From: a bacterium
Lineage (GTDB): Bacteria; Zhuqueibacterota; QNDG01
Length of the DNA stretch: 64,000 bases
Reading direction: 5' to 3'
Assembly: GCA_021158245.1 (NCBI GenBank)
Contig: JAGGVB010000065.1
Span: 6,757 to 70,756, forward strand
Each line of letters begins with the position of its first letter. Position 1 is the stretch's first letter. This document shows, in pieces, positions 30,717-40,942 of the stretch. Under the pieces are notes generated by a model. It was not told the origin of the DNA, ran no database searches, and saw nothing but the letters and a program-made list of their open reading frames with translations. A program made the position numbers and the translations under genes.

Positions 30717-32033
30717 TCACAATTTCTTCATAAACTCTCTTACACTCGCTGTCACAAAATTCATTTTCTCAGAAGTAATACCCGGATAAATACCCATAAA
30801 AAAGCTGTCGCGTAAAATTTTATCAGCATTTGATAAATTTCCGATCGTTCTAAAATACAGGCCCAGATAGGCCGGATGACGTATAATATTTCCTGCAAAA
30901 AAGAGGCGCGTTTCAATATTCCTCTGTTCAAGAAATGAAAGGAAATCCCTGCGTGTAAAAACAGCATTATTCCGAATTGTAAGCGGGAATGCAAACCATG
31001 CAGGTTCTGCTTTCGGTAAAGATTCAGGAAGAATAAAGAACTCTTCATAATCTTTAAAGGTGTCATAAAGCTGTTTAAAATTTGCATTCCTTTTTGCAAT
31101 AAATTCAGGAACTCTCTTCAGCTGCACTCTTCCCATTGCAGCTTGGAACTCCATCGGTTTTAAGTTATATCCTATATTTGTATAAACATAGCGGATATCA
31201 TATCCTTCAGGAAGAATACCGCTTTTTGTTTTAAAAGGGCATGGTTTATCCGGATTTTTTACAACCTCGCAAATAGGACATGCACACGCCCTCCCCCAAT
31301 CACGAATTGACCTGCAGATTAAATTTAACCCGTTATCATTAACTGCAATCGCGCCGCCTTCTCCCATAGTCATATGATGTGCGACATAAAATGAAAATGT
31401 TGCCATGTCTCCGAAAGTACCAACCAGCTTACCGTCATATTTTGACCCAAGCGCATCACAAGTATCTTCAATGACTATTAAATCATGTTGCTTTGCTAAT
31501 GCCATTATTTCTGACATAGGATTAGGGTTGCCAAGCTGATGCAGAATGACAATGGCTTTTGTTTTAGGAGAAATTGCACGCTCAATCTGTTCAATGTCAG
31601 GATTGTAAGTACCAAGGTCAACATCAACCAGAACCGGAGTAAATCCGTTTTGAACAATAGGATTAAAAGTAGTAGGGAAAGTAACTGCCTGTGTAATTAT
31701 CTCATCACCAGGTTCAATTTTTCTCCTGAATTCATTGGATTTAAGAGCAGACAAAGCAATAAGATTTGCAGACGATCCGGAATTTGTTACCAGCGTATTT
31801 CCTGTACCAAGAAAGGATGCAAATTCCTGTTCAAATTTGCGCGCCTGGTTGCCAACACCGAACCAGCCGTCAAGTATTGAACCAACCATTGCTTTGATTT
31901 CATCTGCTCCGTATACGGGCCCGGCATATTGCACTTTGTTTTTTACAGGAGTAAAGCTCTTCATTCTCTCTTTTTCTTCAATAAAATCAGTTAAGAGCCC
32001 ATTAATCTGATCTCTTATATCATCAATTTTCAT
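30717..32033 (-). CDS. rfbH: RfbH/DdhC-type PMP/[2Fe-2S] NDP-4-keto-6-deoxyhexose 3-dehydrase
   Basis: NSGSSANL, EDTCDALG, SFYVAHHMTMGEGG (His in place of the PLP Lys), RDWGRACAC..C Cys cluster, GYNLKP, ETRLFFAGN. Confidence 0.88.
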   Translation of the reverse strand: MKIDDIRDQINGLLTDFIEEKERMKSFTPVKNKVQYAGPVYGADEIKAMVGSILDGWFGVGNQARKFEQEFASFLGTGNTLVTNSGSSANLIALSALKSNEFRRKIEPGDEIITQAVTFPTTFNPIVQNGFTPVLVDVDLGTYNPDIEQIERAISPKTKAIVILHQLGNPNPMSEIMALAKQHDLIVIEDTCDALGSKYDGKLVGTFGDMATFSFYVAHHMTMGEGGAIAVNDNGLNLICRSIRDWGRACACPICEVVKNPDKPCPFKTKSGILPEGYDIRYVYTNIGYNLKPMEFQAAMGRVQLKRVPEFIAKRNANFKQLYDTFKDYEEFFILPESLPKAEPAWFAFPLTIRNNAVFTRRDFLSFLEQRNIETRLFFAGNIIRHPAYLGLYFRTIGNLSNADKILRDSFFMGIYPGITSEKMNFVTASVREFMKKL

Positions 32034-32082
32034 TTAATCCTCCGTAAACAATTTACAGCTTTCCTTATCTGAAACACTATAA

Positions 32083-32988
32083 TTATTTGTGATAATTTAT
32101 CATTTGTTGTTTTATTTTTTCAAGGCCTTTTCTTGCAGATGAAAAACAAAAGCCCGTATCCCTCTCTAATTTCTCCGTTAAAAGCCCCCCTTTTAACGGA
32201 CGTTCAGCCTGCTGTTTTAAATCAGAAGTTATTACTTTATTTATTAACGACCTGTCCAGATCAAACACACTTGCAATTTCCAGGGCAAATTCATAACGGC
32301 TAATCCATGTACTGCCCACAGTGTTGTACACTCCATGCAGGTCTGCCGTACATAAAAGAAGGCATGCCTCGGCAAGATCATCAGCAAGAGTCGGGTTGCC
32401 AAATTGATCAGCAACCACATTAATGCTGTTATTTGCTGAAAGCTGTTCCACCACCCATGTCACAAAATTTTTTCTGGCCCCTGAAGAAAAACCATAAAGT
32501 ACAGTTGTTCGTGCTATTATTAGATTATCAATTATTGAAGCTGCTTTTATCTCACTTTCCAACTTGGTTTTTCCGTAATAACTTACCGGATTTGTTATGT
32601 CGTTTTCCGTATAAGGCCCTGATTTGCCATCAAAAACATAATCGGAAGAAAGATGAATCATCTTACTTTCAGATTGTACACACAATGATGCAATATTCTT
32701 TGTCCCTTTAACATTTACTTCATATGCTTTTTCACGCTCTTTCTCACAATTATCCACATTAGTATACGCAGCTGTATGAATCACATAATCAGGATAAGCT
32801 GCTCCAAGTGCTTCACACTGTTTTTTATCTGTAATATCTGCCTGAATATACTTGACACCCGGAACATCAACACGATACGCTGGCTGCATATCTGTGGCGA
32901 CGACTTGAAATCTGCCTGCAGCTAATTCTGTAATCTTGGCACCAAGCAGACCGTTTGCCCCTGTAACAAGTAATATTTTCCCGGACAT
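32083..32988 (-). CDS. rfbD: dTDP-4-dehydrorhamnose reductase (RmlD-like)
   Basis: GANGLLG, AAYTNVDNCE, SSDYVFDG, YGKTK, DQFGNPT. Confidence 0.85.
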   Translation of the reverse strand: MSGKILLVTGANGLLGAKITELAAGRFQVVATDMQPAYRVDVPGVKYIQADITDKKQCEALGAAYPDYVIHTAAYTNVDNCEKEREKAYEVNVKGTKNIASLCVQSESKMIHLSSDYVFDGKSGPYTENDITNPVSYYGKTKLESEIKAASIIDNLIIARTTVLYGFSSGARKNFVTWVVEQLSANNSINVVADQFGNPTLADDLAEACLLLCTADLHGVYNTVGSTWISRYEFALEIASVFDLDRSLINKVITSDLKQQAERPLKGGLLTEKLERDTGFCFSSARKGLEKIKQQMINYHK

Positions 32989-32998
32989 TAAAACATCT

Positions 32999-33985
32999 CT
33001 ACCAATAGTGTTCTCTAAATTTTCTATAGAAATTTATTGTTTTCTCCATACCTTTTTTAAACGGGGTTTTAGGTCTCCAACCCAGTTCATCATGTATTTT
33101 ATTGAAATCAGCTACGTAATCTCCTGTTTCTATGAGCTTTCTGTCCTCAGGCCATTCAACAAATTCAAGCTTGCCTGATCCTGCAATTTCAATAACGGTT
33201 TTCACCATTTGTCTGAAAGATATAGGATCGCCGCTGCCGAGATTGTATATCTGTCCGTCACTTCTGTCAATTTCACCTGCCATCAAGAAAGCACGGGAAA
33301 CATCATCTATAAAATTAAAATCTCTAAGCTGTGACCCATCTCCGTAAATAGTAATTGTCTCATCATCAAGTGCAAGTCTCACTACCCAATTTTGAATACC
33401 GTACTTGCCATGTTTCATTTGATGCCTGGGTCCGTACGTATTTGATATTCTGAGAGATACTGTTCTTATTCCATGTACTTTATGGTATATTATATGATAT
33501 TTTTCACCGGCATTTTTATTAACACCGTATATATCCGTAGGTGAAAGCTGTGCATCTTCTGTTACAGGAGTTGTACTTACTGCACCGTATTGGCCGCGGG
33601 TACCTGCATAAACAATTTTTACATCAGGGTTAACTTGCCTGCAGGCTTCAAGAAAAATCAGATTTCCCCTGCAGTTTATATCAACATCAAGCAGAGGATC
33701 CGTCATGCTGTCAACATGGCTCGTCTGGCCTCCTATATGAAAGATTACATCTTTATTCCGGACAAGAGCCCTCATTGCGCCCTCGTCTCGTATATCAGCA
33801 AAATTAATATTTACCTTATCTTCAATACCGTTGATATTAAAGAGATTGCCTCCGTATAACGGCAGCATTGAATCAATAAGAGTTACATCTGCCCCAAGGT
33901 AAACAAGCTCATGAGCAAGATTGCTTCCCAGGAACCCAAGGCCTCCTGTAATTGCGATATTTTTACCTTTGTACCAATTATACAC
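32999..33985 (-). CDS. NAD-dependent epimerase/dehydratase (extended SDR)
   Basis: TGGLGFLG, YGVNK, NTYGPR, GDGSQLRDF. Confidence 0.9.
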   Translation of the reverse strand: MYNWYKGKNIAITGGLGFLGSNLAHELVYLGADVTLIDSMLPLYGGNLFNINGIEDKVNINFADIRDEGAMRALVRNKDVIFHIGGQTSHVDSMTDPLLDVDINCRGNLIFLEACRQVNPDVKIVYAGTRGQYGAVSTTPVTEDAQLSPTDIYGVNKNAGEKYHIIYHKVHGIRTVSLRISNTYGPRHQMKHGKYGIQNWVVRLALDDETITIYGDGSQLRDFNFIDDVSRAFLMAGEIDRSDGQIYNLGSGDPISFRQMVKTVIEIAGSGKLEFVEWPEDRKLIETGDYVADFNKIHDELGWRPKTPFKKGMEKTINFYRKFREHYW

Positions 33986-35088
33986 TATGTTCTCCTCCCG
34001 GTTATCCTTTTAAACAATGTTTCGTATTGAGAGGTTACTGCATCCCATGAATACTTTTCTTTAACACGCTTTACAACAGCAGACCGCAAATGATCTGCCT
34101 CTTCCGGATGATCTATATAGTATTGCATTTTCTGCGTCAGAGTCTCAACGGAAGACACATTAAAATATACTCCTGTCTCGCCAAGTACTTCTCTGTGCTG
34201 CACTACATCATTAGCCAGAATAAAACTGCCTCTCCCCATTGCTTCGACAAGTGCAGGTTGAGTGCCGCCTGCTTCTGTTGCCTGAATATAGGCGAAAGCA
34301 TGTGACTGAAATTCTCTGTAGCCTTTCCCAAAAACATATCCTGTAAAAATGATCCTTTTATCCTTTGTACTCTTTAATCTTTTAATATATTCTGTACTGT
34401 AAGGTGCATCACCAACAATAATCAACTTATAATCCGTATTTACTTTTTCAAATGCTTCTACAACAACATGAGCATTATTTTCAGGCTCTAATCTGCTCAC
34501 ATAGAGCAGATATTTACCGGGCATTACTCCAAAACGGTCCAGTGCTTCAGTGCTTGATTCCCTTCCAATATGAGCGCCATAAGGAATCAACAAGCTGGAT
34601 TTATTAAATTTTCTTTTATAATAACTGCACACCTCTTTTGCATCTGTCACAATAAAATCAGGTACAAATGTTGATAAAAATTCAGATATTCTATATACTG
34701 CTCTTCCGAATTTACCCCATTTTTCACGTTTCCACTCCAATCCGTCAACATTTAAAACAACCGGAGTGCTTTTTAGCCTGAACGGTAACGTAAATAACAC
34801 ATTAGCACTATTACAATATAAAACAACATCATACTTTTTTAAAAAAGCATGTATGGTTGACAATATCGTATTAAAAGGTGTATCAAAATATTTATGCCTG
34901 ACACCCTGAGTTACAATAACTCTTACTCCTTTGTAAAACTTTTGATTTTTTGATATATAGTGTGACCGTCCGTAAACAGTAACATCATGTCCTCTTTTTA
35001 CGAGATGTGTTGAAAGTTCTTCTGCAAAAGTCTCAAATCCTCCGTAATTCGCCGGAATACCTCGTGTACCCAGAATTGCTATACGCAT
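33985..35088 (-). CDS. Glycosyltransferase family 4 (DUF1972 type)
   Basis: GTRGIPANYGGFETF, NVDGLEWKREKW, SRLEPENN, GGTQPALVEAM. Confidence 0.92.
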   Translation of the reverse strand: MRIAILGTRGIPANYGGFETFAEELSTHLVKRGHDVTVYGRSHYISKNQKFYKGVRVIVTQGVRHKYFDTPFNTILSTIHAFLKKYDVVLYCNSANVLFTLPFRLKSTPVVLNVDGLEWKREKWGKFGRAVYRISEFLSTFVPDFIVTDAKEVCSYYKRKFNKSSLLIPYGAHIGRESSTEALDRFGVMPGKYLLYVSRLEPENNAHVVVEAFEKVNTDYKLIIVGDAPYSTEYIKRLKSTKDKRIIFTGYVFGKGYREFQSHAFAYIQATEAGGTQPALVEAMGRGSFILANDVVQHREVLGETGVYFNVSSVETLTQKMQYYIDHPEEADHLRSAVVKRVKEKYSWDAVTSQYETLFKRITGRRT

Positions 35089-35264
35089 TCTTCTTTACTC
35101 CTGCCCTCTTTCTTATGCCAGCTTTAAGTCAATTATTGTATTTTTTCCAGTATTTATTTCTTTTCCTGATACTTTATACAGCAGGGCCCGGAAATCTTGC
35201 AAGCCGGACATTTATTCCATATCCGGTAATTAACAAGACTCTCCGCCAGATTAAAAGAAACGAC

Positions 35265-36965
35265 TTATCTCTTTTCAGTATTTCCGCCTTTGTCTGCTGC
35301 CTCTCCCCACGAGTAGATTAAAAGGCTGTAATTTTTTGTTTCAATCGGTTTTTCAAAATGATTTTTAACATATTCCCGGATTTCACCGCTTGTATAGGCA
35401 TCTGTATTAAAAAGATATTTTTCAAGAACAATCCAGCCACTTTTATGAGTACTAATAATTTTTTTCAAATCTTCAAGATTTTCAATACATGGAACTCCTT
35501 CGTATATATCCACCCATCTGCCGTTCTTGTTTGCGTCTTTGAATCTCATTGATTGCCGAAGCAACCCGAAATTCAAAGTATAATCAGTAGCAGGGCAGTA
35601 AAACGAGCTTATTTGCGGAAGATTTGAAATAACAATATCTCCTTTCTGCATATTTTCACGCAGATACTTTCCAGCCGCCTTCCATTCACCGGGAGTTACT
35701 GCCATATTTGTTTTTCCGTCTTCTATCTTAGGAATATTGAGGCTGATTCTCATCCACGGTGAAACAAGAAAAACAACTGCCACTGAGAGAGAAATCAAAT
35801 ATCTAAGATAGGGTGCTAACTTCTTAACCCTCATTTTTATTTCATTTTTCACGGAATTCTCAGACTCAACAGAGGCTGTTTTCACAAACCATACAAGAGA
35901 ATATGCTGCAAGAAATATGAAGAAGGGATAAACATTAAAGAGATACATAGGGACTCTGTGAGTAAAAACAAATGACAGCATGAACAATTGGAATGTAAAC
36001 AGTATGAAAGAAAATATGCCTCTCTTATTACCCTTGAATATTACAAGTACTGCACCTGCAAAAAATAACGCACCCATTGGAAATCTGTAAACTGACATAA
36101 TGAAATCAAAAAGAAGCAGTCTGTACTTTGCGCCCACATCTCCTTTTACCCATTCAGGTGTATATGCCAGATAATACTTCAGGTTTGCCCTTATCCATGG
36201 TATAAAGATAACTGCAGCTGCAGTTAAAATTATAGCAGCGGCAGATATTAACATATATTTATTAAAAAATCTTTCTCTTCCATTTAAAAAAATAAATTTG
36301 ATAACGGCCATAACCAAAACGTACACAAAAAGCCCTAAAATAAAAATTGCAAATATTCTGTGAACTTTATAAAATGTATACGCACCGAGCAGCAATGTTG
36401 CTGCTATCCAGATAAGGGAAAAATCCCATTTTTTCTCAATGGAGGGCAGTATCAGAAATCTCTTTTTGCCTTTTTCAGGCTCAAACCCGAGAATAAAAGA
36501 GTACGCAACGGCCAATGTTAAAAATTGCAGCATAGTATACATCTTTGCTGTTCTTGACCACCCTACTGCAAAATGCGAAAATGCAAGAAGCAGAGCAGCT
36601 ACAAGAGCCGTCTTTCGATCAAACATCCTTGCACCGATAACATAGATTAACCACACACCGAGTATTCCGAAAATTGCGGAAGGAAGCCTTGTTGCAACTT
36701 CTCCCGGTCCGATTATTTTTGAAAATAACGCTGCGCAATAAGTGTAAACAGGTGCCCGGCCGTATAAAAACCCTGAAGGCATATTCAAGCCTTCGCCGGC
36801 ATTAAAAGATTGTGCTGCATAATACACATTGATTTCATCAACCCAAAAGCTCTGCCTTCCCAAATGAGATAATCTTAAAAATGATGCAGCAGCCAAAATT
36901 ACAGCAAGAATAATCCAGTATCTGAACTTGTCTTTATTTATTTTTTCGCCTGATTGATAATCCAT
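35265..36965 (-). CDS. GT-C (PMT/ArnT-like) glycosyltransferase
   Basis: QSFWVDE, RLPSAIFG, WSRTAKMY; multi-TM plus periplasmic C-domain. Confidence 0.85.
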   Translation of the reverse strand: MDYQSGEKINKDKFRYWIILAVILAAASFLRLSHLGRQSFWVDEINVYYAAQSFNAGEGLNMPSGFLYGRAPVYTYCAALFSKIIGPGEVATRLPSAIFGILGVWLIYVIGARMFDRKTALVAALLLAFSHFAVGWSRTAKMYTMLQFLTLAVAYSFILGFEPEKGKKRFLILPSIEKKWDFSLIWIAATLLLGAYTFYKVHRIFAIFILGLFVYVLVMAVIKFIFLNGRERFFNKYMLISAAAIILTAAAVIFIPWIRANLKYYLAYTPEWVKGDVGAKYRLLLFDFIMSVYRFPMGALFFAGAVLVIFKGNKRGIFSFILFTFQLFMLSFVFTHRVPMYLFNVYPFFIFLAAYSLVWFVKTASVESENSVKNEIKMRVKKLAPYLRYLISLSVAVVFLVSPWMRISLNIPKIEDGKTNMAVTPGEWKAAGKYLRENMQKGDIVISNLPQISSFYCPATDYTLNFGLLRQSMRFKDANKNGRWVDIYEGVPCIENLEDLKKIISTHKSGWIVLEKYLFNTDAYTSGEIREYVKNHFEKPIETKNYSLLIYSWGEAADKGGNTEKR

Positions 36966-36966
36966 G

Positions 36967-37893
36967 TCATAATCTCCCCTTTTCTGTTGAAAGGCCGGAC
37001 CTGTAAGGCCCGCGGATAAATCCCCAGGTATACGCTATTAATCCTAAAAATATCAAGGGATAGTGAAAAATAAAGCTTAAAAACAGTTTATAATCTGACT
37101 GAACTAACCGTTTGCTTATTATCAAAGTTCTGTAAACAGGAATAAACACAATTAAAGGAGGATATTTAAGAAGAAAATATCCATGCCGTTTTGTCCTTCT
37201 TCGCGTCTCATTTGCACCTTCTCCCAAAGCAACCTGATTTTTAATAAAATGATTAAACCCTGTTCTGTTTCTGTGAGTTATTGATGCATCCGGTAAAAAA
37301 TAAATATTGTATCCGGATGTCACAATATTATCACAAAGTATTGTATCTTCACCCTTCATAAAATCCGGGAAAAATCCGACACTCTCAAGTAAATCTTTAC
37401 TTACACATAAATTACATGAAGGCAGAGCTCCCACGTCTCCCATTTTTGCCATTGGATTCATCTCATTAAATTCAAGCAGATATTCCGCAGTACCCACATA
37501 ACTGTCAGGAGTGCCATTTGCAACACCCCCTCCTGCTGCTTTGTATCCTGCCTGCAGTTTTTTCCAAAGTAATTTCAGCCAGTCAGGGCTTGCTATGCAG
37601 TCACTATCAATAAAGAACACAAAACTGCCGCGAGCCAAACGCGCGCCCTCTGATCTGGCAAGGCCAGGCAGAGTCCTTCTGTTGAGATGCAGAACTTTTA
37701 CCTCTGTGAAACACTCTTTCACATCCTGTGTAATATCTTCAGGTGAACTGTCAACTACTATAACTTCATAGGGCATATCTATTGTCTGATTCATAACAGA
37801 TTCAAGACAAAGAAATAGATCCCTTCCTGATTTATAAGAGGGAATAACAATGGAAATTTCCGGTGCTACACTATTATTATTTTTTATCTGCAT
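36967..37893 (-). CDS. Glycosyltransferase family 2
   Basis: SIVIPSY, VVDSS, FIDSDC, GEDT; start moved to ATG at 37893. Confidence 0.88.
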   Translation of the reverse strand: MQIKNNNSVAPEISIVIPSYKSGRDLFLCLESVMNQTIDMPYEVIVVDSSPEDITQDVKECFTEVKVLHLNRRTLPGLARSEGARLARGSFVFFIDSDCIASPDWLKLLWKKLQAGYKAAGGGVANGTPDSYVGTAEYLLEFNEMNPMAKMGDVGALPSCNLCVSKDLLESVGFFPDFMKGEDTILCDNIVTSGYNIYFLPDASITHRNRTGFNHFIKNQVALGEGANETRRRTKRHGYFLLKYPPLIVFIPVYRTLIISKRLVQSDYKLFLSFIFHYPLIFLGLIAYTWGFIRGPYRSGLSTEKGRL

Positions 37894-37897
37894 TTCT

Positions 37898-39028
37898 CTA
37901 TTTTCCTGCCAATGTTTCAATTGCATCTATCATTCCGTTCCAATCTCTGTTTTTTCTATCCAAAGCATAATTTTTAAGAAATTCAGAATCTTTTTTTATT
38001 TTGCCTGCCATGAACTCTCTCATTGATTCTGCAAGAGCATCAACATTATCGGGTTCAATTACAACGCCATGTGTTTCAGATATAACATTCTCGGCAAGGC
38101 CGCCAACATCAGTTACTATTACAGGTCTTCCCATTGTAAATGCAAGCTGAGGTACTCCGCTCTGAGTTGCATCTCTGTAAGGAAGAACAACAACATCAGC
38201 AGCTGAAAAAAACAGTTCGAATTCATCCTCGGATACGTATCTGTCAACAATAGTTATTTGTTTATTCAGGCCCTTATCTTTGATGAGAGTATTGTAAAAA
38301 TCTCTTTTACCCCAAAACTCTCCGGCAATTAAAAGATGTGCGGATTCATTATCAATCAGGGAAAGAGCATCTATTAATAAATCCAACCCTTTGTAATAAC
38401 GCACAAATCCAAAAAAGAGAAAAACAATCTTATCAGAAGGAATACCAAGAGATTGCCTTGCCTCGTAATTATTAATCCCTTTGATTACCGGCTCAGGATG
38501 AGGTGCAATCGGGAGGGCCTCAACATCTTTTCCCGGACAGATTTCCATTAATTTCTTTTTATCCGATTCGCTGTGCACTGTAAATCCCTGAGAGGATCTC
38601 AGAGCCCATTTCGTAATTGTTTCCCATATAACCCCGTTCTCATGAGGGAGAACATTATGGCATACATAAACAGTTTTTACTCCTATACGCTTTCTTACAA
38701 TATTTGATATAAATTTCCAGCAAAACGCAAAAAACGGGACCCACCATATAAAAACAATAATATCCGGTTTATATGATACTATACTCTCGGCAGTATATGC
38801 CCACGTCGCAGGATTTAATGAATCTATTATATAACTACACTCTTTAAATTTCCTGATTTTACCTGGTTCTCTGTCTGTGCTGCCCGGAAATAAAAATGAC
38901 GGATACTGCCTTTTAAAAGAAATAAAATAAACCTCGTGCCTCTTTTTAAGAAATTTCCACAAGAGAGTTGTGTGCTGAGCAATGCCGCCTCTAAAAGGGA
39001 ATGTCGGGCCTATAAGAACAATCCGCAT
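37898..39028 (-). CDS. Glycosyltransferase family 4
   Basis: PFRGGIAQH, CHNVLPHE, FGFVRYYKGLD, PYRDATQSG; start moved to ATG at 39028. Confidence 0.9.
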   Translation of the reverse strand: MRIVLIGPTFPFRGGIAQHTTLLWKFLKKRHEVYFISFKRQYPSFLFPGSTDREPGKIRKFKECSYIIDSLNPATWAYTAESIVSYKPDIIVFIWWVPFFAFCWKFISNIVRKRIGVKTVYVCHNVLPHENGVIWETITKWALRSSQGFTVHSESDKKKLMEICPGKDVEALPIAPHPEPVIKGINNYEARQSLGIPSDKIVFLFFGFVRYYKGLDLLIDALSLIDNESAHLLIAGEFWGKRDFYNTLIKDKGLNKQITIVDRYVSEDEFELFFSAADVVVLPYRDATQSGVPQLAFTMGRPVIVTDVGGLAENVISETHGVVIEPDNVDALAESMREFMAGKIKKDSEFLKNYALDRKNRDWNGMIDAIETLAGK

Positions 39029-39032
39029 TTTT

Positions 39033-39980
39033 TTATTTATCCCCTTTAATATCACTCTTTTTCAAACGATACAAAACTTCCTCTATCAGTCTTCTATTGG
39101 CTGAAATAATGTCAGCAAGTAATCCTATCATACCTACCTGAAATCCCACAATCATAAAAACCGCAGAAAGAATCAATGACTGTATATGGCCCTCACCCTG
39201 ATGAGTAAGGAAAAAATAAAGGAATCTCATAGATACAAGAAAACCTACACCAAAAATAAATCCGCCAATATATAAAAAAGTCTTTAAAGGCTCATAAAGA
39301 GCATAAATTCTGGCAATTGTTGCACCTGACTGATTTATATATGCAAAAATACTTTTAAAAAGTCTTGAAGGCCTTGTTGGTTTATTTGTCCTTATTGATA
39401 CATGGGCTATCGGGATACCCTTTTTACCAGCCTGAATTATTGTGTCAAGTGTATATGTAAATTGTGATATCACATTCATCCTTAATGCTGCTTCCCTGCT
39501 GAATGCTCTGAACCCGCTTGTTACATCAGGAACAGTTGTATTTGAAATATGCCGAACAACCCAGCTTCCCAGTTTTTGAAGCAGCTTTTTGATAAATGAA
39601 AAGTGCTCTACCTGCATTACTTCCCTGTCTCCGACCACCATATCAGCACTTCCTGCAAGTATCGGGTCAATTAATTTTTGAATATCCTCAGCTCTGTATT
39701 GGTTGTCTCCATCAGTGTTTACAATAATATCTGCTCCGAATCTGAGAGAAGAATCAAGGCCTGCCGAAAAGCTGACTGCAAGCCCTCTGTTGCTTGTAAG
39801 ACGTACAATATGATCTACTCCCAGCTCTCTTGCCTTTTCCACAGTCCTGTCTGTACTTCCGTCATCAATTACCAGAAGTTCAACAATATCAATGCCATCA
39901 AATTTTCGGGGAATTGCCTTTATTGTTGCAGGCAAAGTCCTCTCTTCATTATAACAGGGTATCTGAATTATAAGCTTCAC
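39033..39980 (-). CDS. GT2 polyprenyl-phosphate glycosyltransferase with two C-terminal TM helices
   Basis: IQIPCYNEE, DDGSTD, NTDGDNQY, DVTSGFRA; GTG start. Confidence 0.9.
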   Translation of the reverse strand: MKLIIQIPCYNEERTLPATIKAIPRKFDGIDIVELLVIDDGSTDRTVEKARELGVDHIVRLTSNRGLAVSFSAGLDSSLRFGADIIVNTDGDNQYRAEDIQKLIDPILAGSADMVVGDREVMQVEHFSFIKKLLQKLGSWVVRHISNTTVPDVTSGFRAFSREAALRMNVISQFTYTLDTIIQAGKKGIPIAHVSIRTNKPTRPSRLFKSIFAYINQSGATIARIYALYEPLKTFLYIGGFIFGVGFLVSMRFLYFFLTHQGEGHIQSLILSAVFMIVGFQVGMIGLLADIISANRRLIEEVLYRLKKSDIKGDK

Positions 39981-39991
39981 AACCCCCCCCG

Positions 39992-40942
39992 CTAGTTAAT
40001 TATTTCTTCTATATTATATTCAGTAACATCGCCTGCGTGAGTAAAAATAATCATCTCACCAAGCAGGCCTATTGATATCATCTGAATACCGATTACAAGT
40101 AAAAGAGCACCGAGAATTAAAAGCGGCCTTCCTGCAATAGGCCCCATGCCAAGAATTCTGTAAATGAACAGATAAACTTCAATTGCAAGACCTGCTGCAC
40201 TGAAAAATGAACCCACAAACCCCAGAAAATGAATTGGTTTTTTCGAATAACGGGTAAGAAAAATTACCGTTATTATATCAAGCATACGCTGGACATACTC
40301 CCTTGGATAACGGGAATTACGGAAACTCCCGGGCAGCTGAGCTATTTTCTCTTCAGAAACCTTATACCCCTGCCCTGCAGCAAGAACAGGAATAAAATTG
40401 TACAAATCTCCGTAAAATGATATTTTATTAAGCACTTCTCTTTTTGTAACAAGAATACCGCTGTTGATATCGTGCAGCCGCCTCTTTAAAAACCAGCTTG
40501 CAAGAAGATTAAAAACTTTTGAGACACTTCTGTTAAGAACGGAATCTCTGCGGGGTGAACGCCATCCTGCAACAAGATCACTTTCCCCGTCAAGCTTTTC
40601 AAGAAATGCCGGAATGCCGTAAGGATCAATATTGACTCTTCCCGAAATATAAACGATAATATCTCCCATAGAGTACTTAAGGCCGGCATCAAGGCATGCA
40701 GCTTCACCGAAAGTAGAACGCATACGAACAATATGAATTTTATCATCATTTTTCATCAGCATGTGCAGCTTTTCAAAAGTGCTGTCATTAGACGCATCAT
40801 CTATAAAAATATACTCTATCGATTTGCTGACACTCTTCACAGCATCTGCCAAAGAAGTGTAAAAATCTTCAATATTTTTCTCTGCATTAAAAATTGAAAC
40901 TATTACCGATACCTCTGCATGGGAACTGTCACTCTTTCTCAT
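39992..40942 (-). CDS. ArnC/GtrB-like GT2 lacking the DxD motif (possible non-catalytic subunit)
   Basis: FIDDAS, FGEAACL, AGWRSPRRD, LHDINSG, GLLGEMI; YISGRVNIDP replaces the expected TMDGDLQNDP. Confidence 0.8.
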   Translation of the reverse strand: MRKSDSSHAEVSVIVSIFNAEKNIEDFYTSLADAVKSVSKSIEYIFIDDASNDSTFEKLHMLMKNDDKIHIVRMRSTFGEAACLDAGLKYSMGDIIVYISGRVNIDPYGIPAFLEKLDGESDLVAGWRSPRRDSVLNRSVSKVFNLLASWFLKRRLHDINSGILVTKREVLNKISFYGDLYNFIPVLAAGQGYKVSEEKIAQLPGSFRNSRYPREYVQRMLDIITVIFLTRYSKKPIHFLGFVGSFFSAAGLAIEVYLFIYRILGMGPIAGRPLLILGALLLVIGIQMISIGLLGEMIIFTHAGDVTEYNIEEIIN

